Notes under the pieces: generated by a model
The model's database searches: none
What the model was told of the DNA's origin: nothing
What the model saw: the letters and a program-made list of their open reading frames with translations, nothing else
In this document: positions 24,547 to 37,857 of the stretch, one piece after another
Layout: each line of letters opens with the position of its first letter
Position numbering within the stretch: position 1 is the stretch's first letter
NCBI RefSeq assembly: GCF_963506605.1
Contig: NC_083282.1
Span: 85,684,001-85,748,000 of the forward strand
Direction: 5' to 3'
Source: Zootoca vivipara
Taxonomy: Eukaryota
Length of the DNA: 64,000 nucleotides
Made by a program: the position numbers and the translations under genes

Positions 24547-26771
24547 GACTAGACAGTCCCTCTCCCTGTTGAACTTCAGATGCATTGCAAAGACTTTTCT
24601 GTTGCTAGGATCATTTCTAAAGGATCTTATCCACCGCTTTTTCATTTTTACGCGCACCACGTAGAAATGTTGGCAACTAAGCAGCCTATAAATGGATAAA
24701 CAATTTTGTGTTTCCATTTTTATCTCGCTTTTCCTCTCTGAGCGCTTGAGGCAGCCGACAACAAGGAAACGTGCAATTACAGCAAAGTCCAATAAGAAAT
24801 ATGTAAAATAGATATATATGTAAAGTACAGATTAAAAAAACCCACAAGCATCTAAATAAACCCGACAACTGCCAAATAAGCTAAAAGCTCCAACTGTGTT
24901 AAGTGTGAATGCAACAAAGAGGTGTTTTTAATTTAAAGGCATGCATCATGCAAGCACGCTCCTCAGGGAGGCTCGCTTGCCGGCATATTTCCTGCTGCGT
25001 TTACAGTCAGCGGCAAACTTAGATTTGTCTCTCTGTAATGTGTGAAATGGCCCTTAGCTGCAGCAGGATGAATGTAACAATGTCAGTGTTTCTGCAAGAT
25101 TGAAGAGGAGGCAAGTGAGGAGGCAGTCGCTCGACAGAGTCTGGTAGCAGCGCGCTCACGCACCTGCGATTTTTTGAGGGGAAATGCAGAGCACTGCAAA
25201 GCGGGCCTTTTTGTTGGTGTGCGAAATTATACGCCTCCCGAAGTGTAAGGTATGCAAAACAACATGCATTGAATGATTCATGCGGGCATCCTTTGCGTGC
25301 CATTAATCCTCCCTTCGTTTATTCCCCCCTCCCCCGGTTCATTATAAAATAAAATAAAAAGAATGCAACAAATGAAGAATAATCAATAGCTGCCAGCAAA
25401 CCAACGTTGGTGTCGTTTTTGGGAGCTTGGGTGACTCGCTCAACAAAATTGATTTTAATTGCTGAGTTTGTTTGTTTGTTTGTTGATAACACTTGTACCC
25501 AACTTCTCAGCCAAAAAAGACTCCCAGAGCGGCTTACATGAAATCGGAACAAGACACTCCCTACCCACATGCTTACACATACATACATATGCAAGCAAGC
25601 AAGCAAGGAATCTTGCTTGTCTTAGCAGAGCCGATGGAGAACATCTGAGGTGCAGCAAAGACTGCATACTGGTGTAATCAGTAGGAGAGCAATGGTTTTC
25701 AACTGCATTTGAATGTCTGCTAAGTCCTCAAGGAGACATGTTTTCTGTGTGTGTGTGTGTGTGTGCCAGGATTTCAATTCTTCACCAAGAGAAGGTGGAT
25801 TCTGCGACTTAAGGGATGTTTAATAGATTTCATGTACATTCCAATTCGAACAATTTGTTCTGCATCTGCTGGTAATGGATAGGCAAAGAGCCATGCAGAA
25901 CATAGAACAATGGACCCGCCCACCCCAAGGACTATTAAGCATGTAGAGAGGCACCATTTCCTCTTCCACCCTGTATGCATTGCATGCAACACTGTTTCCA
26001 TTCCACTGCAGTTCACCTTCTGCTAAAACCTATAATATTTGTCTCGCTGTCTGCTGTGGCAAAATCATGCAAGTTGTGTAATTACATAAATTACAGTGCC
26101 ACTGCCTTATTGCAGCCCCGTTTATTTCAACGCAAAGGAAGCTCAAAGCAAATGGGGCAGAGGGGCATAATCAGTGACGCATCATTCGTAGGCTGAAACA
26201 ACATCAAATAACAATAATATTCACTTGATTAATTTCTCTTCCAGAAAAAAAAAAAATCAAACGTCACCAATTATCACTCCCATGCCCGTTTTGGCTGGAA
26301 TTCTCTGACATCCATGCTGCTCAGACCTCATACACTTTCAAGCTCATCATTATGCTTTCTGGAAACTAGGAATAATGACAACAATACTAATAGCAGCATT
26401 GAATCATAAGGTGTATGTTGTGTGTATGTTGAGGGTTAAAGCTAGGTGGTGGAGCAATTGGGAAACGATTGCAGAAAGAAGGAAACTGTTGGCAGAACAG
26501 CTCTCCCACACTTGTTGGACTACAATTCCCATCATTCCCTGATCATTGACCATGCTGGTGGGGGCTGATGGGAATTGGAGTCCAACAGTCTTAAGGACTA
26601 CAGGCTTCCCATCTCTGAGTTAATGGATCTCAAGTAGCTGGACCTCCAGTAGTTCTGCCTCCAGGGTTGGTGGCAATATGCCTTGGAATACCAGTTGCAG
26701 GTGGAGAGAGTGGTCTTGCGCTTGTGGGCTTCCCAGGGGCAGCTAGTTGGCCACTATGAGAACAGGGTGCT

Positions 26772-26951
26772 CTCCGAAAATAAGCCATACCCTGAAAATA
26801 AGCCATAGTGATAGGCTTATTTTGTAGGTTAAACTGTACCATACTTAATAAAAAAAAATCTAAGACATCCCCTGAAAATAAGCCACCGTGTTTTTTTTTT
26901 TTTTAGGAAAAATAAATATAAGATGGTGTCTTATTTTTGGAGAAACATGGT
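26772..26951. mobile_element. Tigger/pogo-like MITE remnant
   Basis: Repeated GAAAATAAGCC units and a right end TGTCTTATTTTTGGAGAAACATGGTA. Confidence 0.55.
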
Positions 26952-29097
26952 AGATGGGTCTTTGGAATGATGTTATGGGAAATATCTCTGGCCTAAAACC
27001 ATGGTGTACCATTGCCAGTTAGAGCAGATGATGCTGATTTTAGATGAACCAGTATTCTGACTCAGTTTAAAGAAGCTCTACAAGAAAGGGCTTCAACAGA
27101 TGTGAGCAAATGCTAGGTGATTTGCTTGGCGGATCTGCGTGCGTCCCCTAAAGTTGTGCTGCCTGTGATTGACAGCTCGGAAGAAATGCCCCTCATCTTT
27201 GACAGCAATATCTAATGGCAAAAGCCTGATGTGAAACAAATGATGGGCAATTGGTGCCGCAGGACAAAGAGCGCCGTCTGATAAACCGCAACTCGGCAGT
27301 GTGCAGCGCTGGGAAAAGAGGCCCCTTGACCCTGGGCTGCTCTCTGAAGGCAAGGCACAGATGTGACGGGGTTGTCCAAGCAATCATGCACCCAGCAGGG
27401 TGTTCTGATAACCTGTAATATCCACCGCAATCTGGGTGTATTTTGCAACTCAGGCACTCTGGAAAGAGGGCAGCTTTAACACACAACAACAATTTGAAGC
27501 AAGAAAATATGTAGTTTCCTGCTCAGAAAGCAATTGCAAGGGAGGATTTCCCCAAAGACAGTAGAACAGCTACGTTCTTTAAAAACCACACAAAAAAGAA
27601 ACAAACAGGATTCAGCCAAAGGGAAGCAGGATCTGCAATCCACTCCAATTATTTCTGCATTGTCATTTTTGCAACACCATCGATGCCCATTGCAGGGTTT
27701 TTCTGACACCCCCTCCCCTTAAGCACCCTTTTTGAGATCTCAGTTGCAGGCTGTGTAAAGGGTTAGGACTCTTCAGGGGACAAATTTTGGGGTGTTGGGG
27801 ACAAAGCCTACCTGAGATCCAATAGCTCCCAGCTGCCTCTGGGAGCAGCTGCAGCAGGAAAGCTTCAAGTGTCAGTGAGTGTTGTTGCCCCACCCTAAAA
27901 GCTGAATGAACTGCTCCTTTTTTAAAATTAAGCCCCTGTCAAATTGAGGCAAAACTTTTCTATGTTCAGCCTTGCACTGGTACATAACACTCATTAGGGC
28001 AAGGATGGTGAAACAGGAGCTCTGCAGATGTTGTTGGACTACAACTCCCATCATCTCTAAGGATAGAGGTGAACTTAATTCAGTCTGTGTTTTAAAGTGC
28101 ACTGACCTAATTCATAGCTTCCAGGCTTGTACACAGTGCAGAACTCAGTTAACAATCAAATTGCACAGTCTGAACTTTGCAATGCAGTTTTTGTTTTGTT
28201 TTTGTTTTAATGCATGCATAAGCTTTGGTGGGGGAGGGAGACAATGTGCACAATATGTATTTTGGGGGAAATGCTTATTTTAGAGGCAAGTGCAAACAAA
28301 AACAGATAACAGTATAAAAGGAGGATTTTTCACACTGTTAAAAGAAATCCTCAGAAAACAGGACAGAACAGGCTTGTGATTGAAGGCACACAAAACTGGA
28401 TGACCACAAGTCCCCCATGCCTGCATTAGGGACTATGGGAGTGGAGTCAGAGGCAGATTGAGAGGAGGCTGACCTGTTCGATTGCCCTGGGCAAAAGCCT
28501 TGGGGGAGCCACGGGGGCAATGATGTTGAACTGAAAGCAAGAGGCAGGGGTGCCAAATTTTGGCATTGCACAGGGCGTCTCTGAAATTTGAAATTTTGGT
28601 CTGAGCCTACCTTAGACTCTGTAGGTGTGCATCTCCAGGCACATGAACACTTTAGCAAAGTAATTCCCCCTTGTATGATAGATTTCTGTATGTTACTTTC
28701 ACTGATGCATGCATTCCTATTCCCATTTTTTCTGTAGCATGTGCATTTTATGCACACATTACTTGGCTGGAGAACAGCCAAACCTGGAGAAGTGTGAGTT
28801 TCAAAGGATGGCCACATTTCCATTAGCCTATTGCAGATTTTCTCAGACTTGAGTGCCCAGATGTTGTTAGACTACAACTCCCATCATCCCTAGCTACCAG
28901 GACCAGTGGTCAGGGGTGGTAGGAGCTGTAGCCCAACAACATTTTGGCACCCAAGTTTGAGAAAGGTTGGCATACTGTATCAGAAAGCACAAATGAGGCA
29001 GGTTCACCTTTAAATGCCAACCAAATCTATGTCCTTTCCCATCCCTATCCTGGAGGGGGGAGAAGGCCCCCTACCAGATCAAGCTGTGTTCCAGATC

Positions 29098-29098
<1 letters not shown>

Positions 29099-29150
<52 letters not shown>

Positions 29151-29430
29151 TTTTATTTATACCCTGCCCTTCCCAGTCAAGACCGGGCTCAGGGTGGCTA
29201 ACAACAAATAATAACACAAGTATAAAAGAAACAATTCAGTTAAAACGCAGATTAATACAATGTTAAAATTCAATTTTAAAATTAAAAATCTACGAATAAG
29301 ATAAAACCATTATGAAATAAAACCTTAGGGGAGGGTAACCGTGGGGTCAGGCTGTGTCAGTCCAAAGGCCAAACGGAACAGCTCTGTCTTGCAGGCGCCA
29401 CAAAAAGATGACAAATCCTGCAGGGCCCTA
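29099..29430 (-). mobile_element. LINE (L2-like) 3' end with expanded (TAA)n tail
   Basis: (TAA)n at 29099-29150 followed by TTTATTTATACCCTGCCC, the same tail junction as the L2 copy at 60972. Confidence 0.6.
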
Positions 29431-31640
29431 GCCCTTCACCTTAGCTCCCAGACTCCCACACCAACATCTCTGTTTCTGAACACCAGGAAGTCCACAGAGG
29501 CTGCAGATCTACCATTTGGCAGAAGTGGGCTTTGAATATTGCAGTTGTATGCTTTCTATCCCAACCTTTCTGGGTGCAGCTGGATGGCGCAGGCGCAACC
29601 GAAGCTGAAGTAGGAACACTGCCATGCTACTCAACAAAACTCGAATGATGAAGTGCCTCTCTCCTGCTTTCTCTCTTTTTTTTAATTAAGTAAAAGAATG
29701 TGTGCAGAGGGCTGTGTATCCCCCCCCTTTGTGTGTGTGTGTGTGGGGAGCAACTGTCTTTTGTGTCCTTTTGGAAAGCGCTTGGCAGGCAAAGGGAATC
29801 TGTTTACAAAAACGAGCGGAGCTGGTAAAGTTCAGGTTCGTGTTTGGATTCAGCCCCAGCAAACCGACGCTGACGCGGTGCCAGGCGTTTCGAGCTGCCA
29901 AGCGGTTCATCTCAAATTGTAAATTAAAGGAAGGTGTTGTGGGGCGGGGGGGGGGAGAGAAACTTATCAGGATGATTCTGTGTGCCTCTTTGGTGGTTTG
30001 ATTTTGCTAACCCTAGCCCCCCAACACTTTGGCTGCCGTGCATATGGGTGTATGTTTGCTTATTTTCTCTTAGTGTCCGGAGGGCGGGTGGGGGTGATGG
30101 CGGTGGAAGCCAGTGATTTAGTTGGCACAGCAAGAAAGCTAAGGTTGACGGAGCAAAACAAAGCAAAATAACAGGAGGTTCATCCCAAGTGCTTCCCTTT
30201 ATAGGGGCTGCTGGAAGACTGGAAGTAAAGAAAGCAGGGATGCTCAAGTGATCTGTGGTTTTTAAAAAAATGCATTTCCAGGATTGGTGGGGATGAGGAA
30301 TGAAGTGCCTGGGAACTGCTTGTAATTCCCTAAATAAAAGCATCCACCCTGATCTAATGCTTTGAAGACCAAGTCTCAAACTGCCGGGGATTTTTCTCTG
30401 ACCTCCCATCTGGGTGGGTGAGAGGGCAGGCTGGGGAGAGACCTTGCCGGATCCCTTATAGCTATTGCATGCCAACCATCAAATACCATCAATTTCAAAG
30501 CGCCGCTGCATGTCATCCGTCTATCGGATGCTGTCAGACACCAACAACCATATATAGGCCCTGCTGTTAAACTTGGTAGGCTGCCTGGTTCAGCTAGCAG
30601 ACGTGGTGAATATTTCAATATTCAAAGAGACTTTACGTCAAAATCTACAGCTTTCGAAGCAAATCCATTTCAGTTCTGATGCTTGTCATGGACATAATAA
30701 ACGGCCAGGCCTTGAGCTGTCTGTCTAGATGTGGACTGTTCATATTTTACCTAACTTTATTCACCTCTGAAGCATTGCTGTTACCATTTGCTTGCAATGC
30801 TTACGTCTGCAGCCAGCCTCCTGCACATATATCGATGTTTGAAATGTTCAGTTTTATAAATATATTAGCAGACGCCTGTGCTTTTCCAAATAAAAATAAA
30901 TCGTTAGTGCTACAGAGGCAAAACGGGAGACTTTTTCCCCCCTTTTTACTGACAAATTGACTGCGCTGGGATTTATTTACTTCATACTCCAGTCATAATT
31001 AAAACACGCAGCCCTATCGGAGGTAGCTCCCACAGCTTGAACTTTGCTCTCCGAGAGAGGGGACACATTGATTAATCCATGAGGTCATTTGGGCCAACGT
31101 ATGCAGAGTTAATCATGGAAAGCCCTGCAACAAGGCCAGAAGCTGTGTGGGATTATTTATTGGCAGGTAGGAAAGCACCCAGGCTGGCCTGAGCGAAGGC
31201 AACAAGAGCTTCCCTGCTAGCTGAAACCTTTAATTGCAAAGCATCTCGTTAGTTTATCGGTGAACCTGACGACTCTAACGAGGTGGTGGTGTGATTCCAC
31301 GTGCCATGCTCCAGGGCCATAGACGGGTTATATAGCCTACTGGGGTGTAAATTGTGTGACCTGACAACCCATGGGGTACCTTATCTCCTCTGCAGGCTTT
31401 CCCATAACGAAAGAGGCTGTGTTTGCCTGTCGGGAAAGGTGCAGCTGGGATAACCATTTAATGCAACCTTGCTGATGCATAAGAGTAGCTGTAAGGATGC
31501 GATAAGCCTGGTCAGCAAGAAAAAGAAAAGAGACTCAAGGAAAGCATGTTTGAGCACCGGTAATGAATGGTTTAAAAAATAACAATCCTAGGGCTGCAAC
31601 AAAATGTTACAGTGTGGAATGTTCTAGTTTTAGGGTAATT

Positions 31641-32316
31641 TGTTGTTGTTTAGTCGTTTAGTCGTGTCCGACTCTTCGTGACCCCATGGACCATAGCACG
31701 CCAGGCACTCCTGTCTTGCACTGCCTCCCGCAGTTTGGTCAAACTCATGTTTGTAGCTTCGAGAACACTGTCCAACCATCTTGTCCTCTGACGTCCCCTT
31801 CTCCTAGTGCCCTCCATCTTTCCCAACATCAGGGTCTTTTCCAAGGATTCTTCTCTTCTCATGAGGTGGCCAAAGTATTGGAGCCTCAGCTTCACGATCT
31901 GTCCTTCCAGGGAGCACTCAGGGCTGATTTCCTTAAGAATAGATAGGTTTGATCTTCTAGCAGTCCATGGGACTCTCAAGAGTCTCCTCCAGCACCATAA
32001 TTCAAAAGCATCAATTCTTCGGCGATCACCCTTCTTTATGGTCCAGCTCTCACTTCCATACATCACTACTGGGAAAACCATAGCTTTAACTATACGGACC
32101 TTTGTCGGCAAGGTGATGTCTCTGCTTTTTAAGATGCTGTCTAGGTTTGTCATTGCTTTTCTCCCAAGAAGCAGGCGTCTTTTAATTTCGTGACTGCTGT
32201 CACCATCTGCAGTGATCAAGGAGCCCAAGAAAGTAAAATCTCTCACTGCCTCCATTTCTTCCCCTTCTATTTGCCAGGAGGTGATGGGACCAGTGGCCAT
32301 GATCTTGGTGTTTTTT
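31641..32316 (-). mobile_element. Bov-B LINE, 5'-truncated (largest copy)
   Basis: Uninterrupted 216-aa ORF 31650-32300 (MATGPITSWQIEGEEME...FTFLGS...KSRTRLND), the Bov-B RT C-terminal region; (CAA)n tail; TSD TTTTAGGGTAATT (31628-40, 32317-29). Confidence 0.95.
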
Positions 32317-32504
32317 TTTTAGGGTAATTAAGCCATATTAAATGACGAATTATTTGTTTTGGGTTTGTAAATAGAATCAAGAACTAAAGGGAAATTGTCC
32401 AAAAAGAAGGGGGAAAAGGTTGGGGGGGGAGAGCTGACATATTTCCCAAATCTTCTAACCCACCTATTGATTGAGGTGGGTTGGAATATAGAATATCCCT
32501 CAGG

Positions 32505-32594
32505 CATAGCTGCCAAGTTCTCCCTTTTTTTAAGGGAAATTCCCTTATGCTGAATAGGCTTCCTCGCGAGAAAAGGGAAAACTTGGCAGCTATG
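32505..32594. mobile_element. 90-bp hAT MITE
   Basis: TIRs CATAGCTGCCAAGTT / AACTTGGCAGCTATG; 8-bp TSD CCCTCAGG; near-identical copy at 60264. Confidence 0.92.
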
Positions 32595-33900
32595 CCCTCA
32601 GGCGAGTACAAATAGCATGTATGCTTTTCGAATGGTTCTGCTGCAAAAAGCTGATACGTTTGAATGGAGCCTTTAAACATGTCAAGCTAGCACCCTTTTA
32701 AGCTGGATCACCTTTTTTATTATTCCATGCCTTCTTATTGCTGTAATGATTGCGCCGCAATTGCAGAGTCACCCCCTTATTGCCAAGCATTAATTAATAC
32801 AGAAAACCGTGTGGTGGGCTCACAGGTACAGTATAGTAAGCTTTCAATTTATGCACATTCAGCTTGTGCATATTCAGCTACATATATGCACATGGCAAAA
32901 AAAATAAAAAGGGGTAAGAAAGGGGGCTGGCATCTGGGAAAAAAAGACTTTGGCAATTTGACCTGTCACTGCACCCAATGTCTTTTGACTGCACAATTTG
33001 GGCCTTAGGCATGACCCCCAGAATGTAACCACTACATAAGTTGAGGACTTACTGCACTTGTGAGAACAGCAAGGTACTTAAGGCAGTGCCAGATTTAAAG
33101 AGGAGAACCGTAAATCAGGAAATCCATTTAGGAGTGCCAGATTTTGGCCTTGTGCAGGGTGCCATATTGTGAGGGGTTTCCAAAGTATGCCCCTGGTTAA
33201 GGTGGGATGGCACAGAGAGCAGTGCAGGTGAAACTGGACAGGTGCAGAAAGTAGACATCTAATGTCATATCATAATGCAAAAGTGAGTTATCAGCTGCTC
33301 AGAGGCTTAGTGAGGGCAGGTGGCCAGGCAGAGTGGTGTCCGAGAAGTTTTCCTGTAGCACACTGTTTGGCAACCTCTGGCCTAGATCCATTGTGCATAT
33401 GCTAACATTGTGTTTAAATATTGTATGTCATGAGGCAGGATTGTAAATATTCATTTACCTGGATTTCAGTGGTTAGCAGGAATCATTTCCAGACCACTAG
33501 ACAAGCAATCGTTATACAAATTGGCTCTTTCCCTCATTTTAAGCTACAAATGACTGTCATAGATATGCGCATAAGAGCAGGTGGGTTAGAAAGTGTTTTT
33601 TGTCTGGTTGTTGAGGGGGGGGACCCTTAATAAGGTGTCTACCCTACAGCAACACAATGGTTTCCATCTCAAAATTGTCCCAGTGTGTACATTTTTCGTC
33701 TGACCAGATGCATCTTATATTCCAGTGAGGCAGAATGATTGAGCCTAAGCATATCAGACTTTTAGAATCTACAGTGAATTCTTCCGTTACAGGACAAAGG
33801 ATGGAAGCAAACACCTAACTCAGGCTGTGATCCTAACCATGTCTCTCCAAATGTGGGTCCTGTTGAATTCAATGGGGCTTACTTCCAGTTAAGTGGGGTT

Positions 33901-34083
33901 CATAGAATCATAGAGGTGGAAGAGATCGCAAGGGCCATCCAGTCCAACCCCCTGCCAAGCAGGAAACACCATCAAAGCATTCTTGACATATGGCTGTCAA
34001 GCCTCCGCTTAAAGACCCCCAAAGAAGGTGACTCCACCACACTCCTTGGCAGCAAATTCCACTGTCGAACATTCTTACAGTTA
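33901..34083 (-). mobile_element. CR1 LINE 3' end
   Basis: CATAGAATCATAGA (reverse of the CR1 ATTCTATG tail) followed by the CR1 3' UTR and ORF end. Confidence 0.8.
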
Positions 34084-34267
34084 GGACTGCAGGGTGAATA
34101 GCAGATCTATGTGGAGAAAGGCGGCTCCTTTGCTTTAACCGGCATATTCAGAATGAGTTTGTGCCTGCTTGCTGCTATAAGTCATCTTTTTGGGGCAGGG
34201 GCAGGGGCTTCCACCTAGTTTTTTTGGAAGCCATCCTCCTCAGGGTCCTCTTACTCCCATCCCAAAT

Positions 34268-34667
34268 CATACCTGCCAAGTCCCGGACTGCAGAATCCGG
34301 GACCGGCAGCCGCGTGACACCGCTTTGCCCATCTATGGGCATCAAAAATGGCCGACGCCGGCTTCAAAAGTTGTGTCTACGCATGTCCGGAAGTGTGTAG
34401 GCACAACTTCCGGTGTTGCTCTGCCCATCTATGGGCACCAAAAATGGCGGTGCCGACACTGGAAGTCGCGTCTACGCACTTCCGGACATGCATAGACGCA
34501 ACTTTTGAAGCCGGCACAGCCATTTTTGGTGCCCATAGATGGGAAAATCAGGAAAAAAAGGCCACCGGCAGGAAAATATAAAGGAGAATAATGGAAGATG
34601 AAGAGATACGGGGGGCCGCCGGGAAAACAATGTTTTCCCGGGGGAAACAGGGTACTTGGCAGCTTTG
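34268..34667. mobile_element. hAT MITE with internal inverted and direct repeats
   Basis: TIRs CATACCTGCCAAGT / ACTTGGCAGCTTTG; flanking duplication CCCAAAT; internal GCCCATCTATGGGCA units in both orientations. Confidence 0.82.
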
Positions 34668-36509
34668 CCCAAATGTGAGCGATAACTGTTCTTCCTTTAA
34701 GCAACGTCTGTTTGAGTTAAACTGGTTTCAGGCAAATGGGGAAACGTCACCGGGGAACATTGGGAGATGGGCAGCTTTAGGGGGAGTAAGAAGTCCTAGT
34801 TTCAGGATTTTAATCTCCAACTTCAGTCCTCCCAGATGTCTTTGGAAGCCAGCATGTCAAGAATATGGTATTCTGGGCTGATGGAAGGCTCATTGATCCA
34901 GCAGAATCTGCCATCAGCAGAAGAGAAAGGGAAGGAATTGTTGCCTATTCCTTCTGCTATTCACCCCTTAGCCTCCCCCACCACAAAAAAATAATCAGTT
35001 CCATGGTTTGGGGGGTCCTTAGAACACTGTGGAAGGTGGGACAGGAGGAATCAGGAGAAACTGTGTCAAATAAGACCACTGATCTTTGATAATTGGACCG
35101 CCCACTCTCCTTCCATTCCTGCTGTATATGCATACGCACACCCGATTCCCTAAAGTAACCAGGACATAAACGGATACATACAACTGTTCATATGACTATT
35201 AAAATGCTTGTACATTGCTACTTAAGAAATTATGCTGCAGTAATATTGCATCACATGGGGCTTGACTCTTTTATGTGTTATTTATGTATAATATATTGCG
35301 TATAATTTTGCATATAATTAGTCAAGCTTTTTTTTTAAAAAAAATGGCAATATGTGAGCTGCTCAAAATTAAATGGGTTCTTGATGAATGAGGTGGTCCA
35401 ATGCAGGCAAGGCTCAATCAGGCACCAAATTCTGTGCAGAAATCCTTTTAAAGCAGATTCCTCCTCCATCCCTAATTGGGTCACCGTAATGCTTTTTTCT
35501 TATGATCTCAGATGCAAGTCTAAATTAGATATTTCTGGTCCCTGCAGTTAAAACAATAGGCCACAGGTGGTTTAATTTCTTATTAGCATCACAGGACCTA
35601 TTGTTCTCAGCCTTGGAGCTGGTACAACCTAGTTTAATCGAAGCGTGCTTTATGATAACAGCTGCACTTTATCATGCTATTTGTATCCCATGCATTGGTT
35701 TTAGCTTCATTTGAATAAATATCCAAAGCTAAATCATGGTCCTGTTTTGCTAATCCGTGACATATCGGGCAAATATTGTTTAATAACTCCGGGAAAAATT
35801 GGTGAGCCAAAGAATGATCTTCTCAGACCATCAGCATAATGTCTGCTATTGACTTCTCCAAAAGAGAAAAATTGACTTGAGACAAAGTTGATGTGTAAAC
35901 TGCCTTGTTTTGCCCTAAGTACTTTTCTGTTTGCATGTAAGGCTAATCGTATTCATTAGAAAGCTTCTGGCATGCAGTTTACTAAACAGATATTGACGAA
36001 GGCAGAAGATTCATTGACTCAAGAGTGAGAGAGCTTAACCAAGGAGATATAATTGGTTAAATTTCTTCCAGATTTTCAATAGTCTTGATTAGAAAGGAGT
36101 AAACATAGCAGTTGTTCACATCTCCTAAGCAAATGTGCTTTACCAATTGAGAGCTGGACTTGTGCATTCCCTATCTATATATATCCAAGAGCTTAGATTG
36201 CCCATTTACAAGCACGGCAAGGAAGCTGTCCAACCATAGCAAGGAGCATGTTTCAGGCTGGGTGAGGATTTGAGGGAGAGCAGTGGAGCTGTCCAGCCAG
36301 AAACTGCAGCTGAAGTCTAGACACAAGCAGATGTTGCATAAGGATGCTGCCTTATACTGAGCCAGATCATTGGTCCATCTGGTTCAGTATTGTCTGCACT
36401 GACTGGCAGCAACCCTCCAAGATTTGACACAGGGAACTCTCATAGCTGTACCTGGAGATGTCAGGGATTGAACTTTGGACTATGGCTGATGTTGTTGGGT
36501 CCCATGATA

Positions 36510-36695
36510 GTTTGGGAGCTGTTTGACAGTGGAACAGTCTCCTTCGGGAGGTAGTGGACTCCTCTTCCCTGAAGGTTTTTAAGCAGAGGTTGGCTGGTCA
36601 CCTGTCATTGATGCTTTAGCTGAGATTCCTGCATCACAGGGGCTTGTACTAGATGACCCTTGGGGTCCCTTCCAACTCTACAATTCTATGATTCT
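36510..36695 (+). mobile_element. CR1 LINE 3' end
   Basis: ...GTTTTTAAGCAGAGGTTGG...GGTCCCTTCCAACTCTACAATTCTATGATTCT. Confidence 0.85.
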
Positions 36696-36841
36696 TCTCT
36701 AGACAAGAACAGTTTTTACCATCCATAGAGGGTGAAAGAGATATCACAGGATGTGTTGTAGTTTGTTGAGGAAGTGTTGGAGTGGTGTTGACTGGAAGCT
36801 AAAGGGGACAACAAGTGGTGTTCTTTCATTTTATCTTGCTG

Positions 36842-37200
36842 CCCTAAATGGCCTCGGTCCAGTATACCTGAAGGAGCGTCTCCACCCCCATCATTCAGCC
36901 ACTGAGGTCCAGCGCTGAGGGCCTTCTGGCGGTTCCCTCGCTGTGAGAAGTGAGGTTACAGAGAACCAGGCAGAGGGCCTTCTCAGTAGTGGCACCCACC
37001 CTGTGGAACACCCTCCCAGAAGATGTCAAGGCAATAAGCAACTATTTTACTTTAAAAAGACAACTGAGGGCGGCCCTGTTTAGAGAAGTTTTTAATGTTT
37101 GATACTGTATTGTTTGATGCTGTATTGGAAGCCACCCAGAGTGGCTGGGGAAAAAATAAATAAATCATCATCATCGTTGTTGTTGTCATCATCATCATCA
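36842..37200 (+). mobile_element. L2-clade LINE 3' end
   Basis: Reverse complement of the 17653-18037 family; (CAT)n/(GTT)n tail. Confidence 0.82.
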
Positions 37201-37455
37201 TCTTCTGAGTCCATCCTGTAGTAGATTCCTCCTTGGGTTTAGAATGGTCTTGCTGATCTGGTGGCAGGAAAAGGCAAGTTCAGTTCTCTATGGTTGAGTG
37301 GGGCACTCTGTGACTTCTCCACCAATGCCTGCCTTCCAGCTGTGTGGTGGCAAGCCCTGGCCTTTGCAAATCAGCCTCTGCAAATGTACTGTAGGTCCAG
37401 TCCCTGACATCTCCAAGTAAAGGGCTGGATAAACCCACTTTCTGAAACCCTAGAG

Positions 37456-37591
37456 CAGGCATCCCCAAACTGCGGCCCTCCATATGTTTTGGCCTACAAC
37501 TCCCATGATCCCTAGCTAACAGGACCAGTGGTCAGGGATGATGGGAATTGTAGTCCAAAACATCTGGAGGGCCGAAGTTTGGGGATGCCTG
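37456..37591. mobile_element. hAT MITE (~136 bp, hairpin-like)
   Basis: TIRs CAGGCATCCCCAAACT / AGTTTGGGGATGCCTG; TSD CCCTAGAG/CCGTAGAG. Confidence 0.9.
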
Positions 37592-37857
37592 CCGTAGAGA
37601 GTTGCTACTAGTCAATGCAGTCAATGCTGAACTTAATGACTCAGCCTAAGTCAGCCTCCTATGTGATGTGGATCACAGATTTTGTTGGCTGCATCCTTTC
37701 ACTGCATCCTTTCTCTCCTCCATCACCCAGATGTCATCTCTGTACCCATTGGCATGTTGCTGAGCTACTTTGTGGGTTGATGGTTTTCCCACAATCTGAT
37801 GGGCCTGCCATTATAAACAAAAGGTTCTTTTTTAATACTGGTGCTAAACTGCAAATA

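Noticed and set aside
28944-29211. Poly-Asn and poly-Ile ORFs (also 60676-61206)
   Set aside because: Derived from (TAA)n LINE tails.
31650-32300. 216-aa ORF as a host gene
   Set aside because: It is the C-terminal part of the Bov-B ORF in a 5'-truncated insertion with a TSD.
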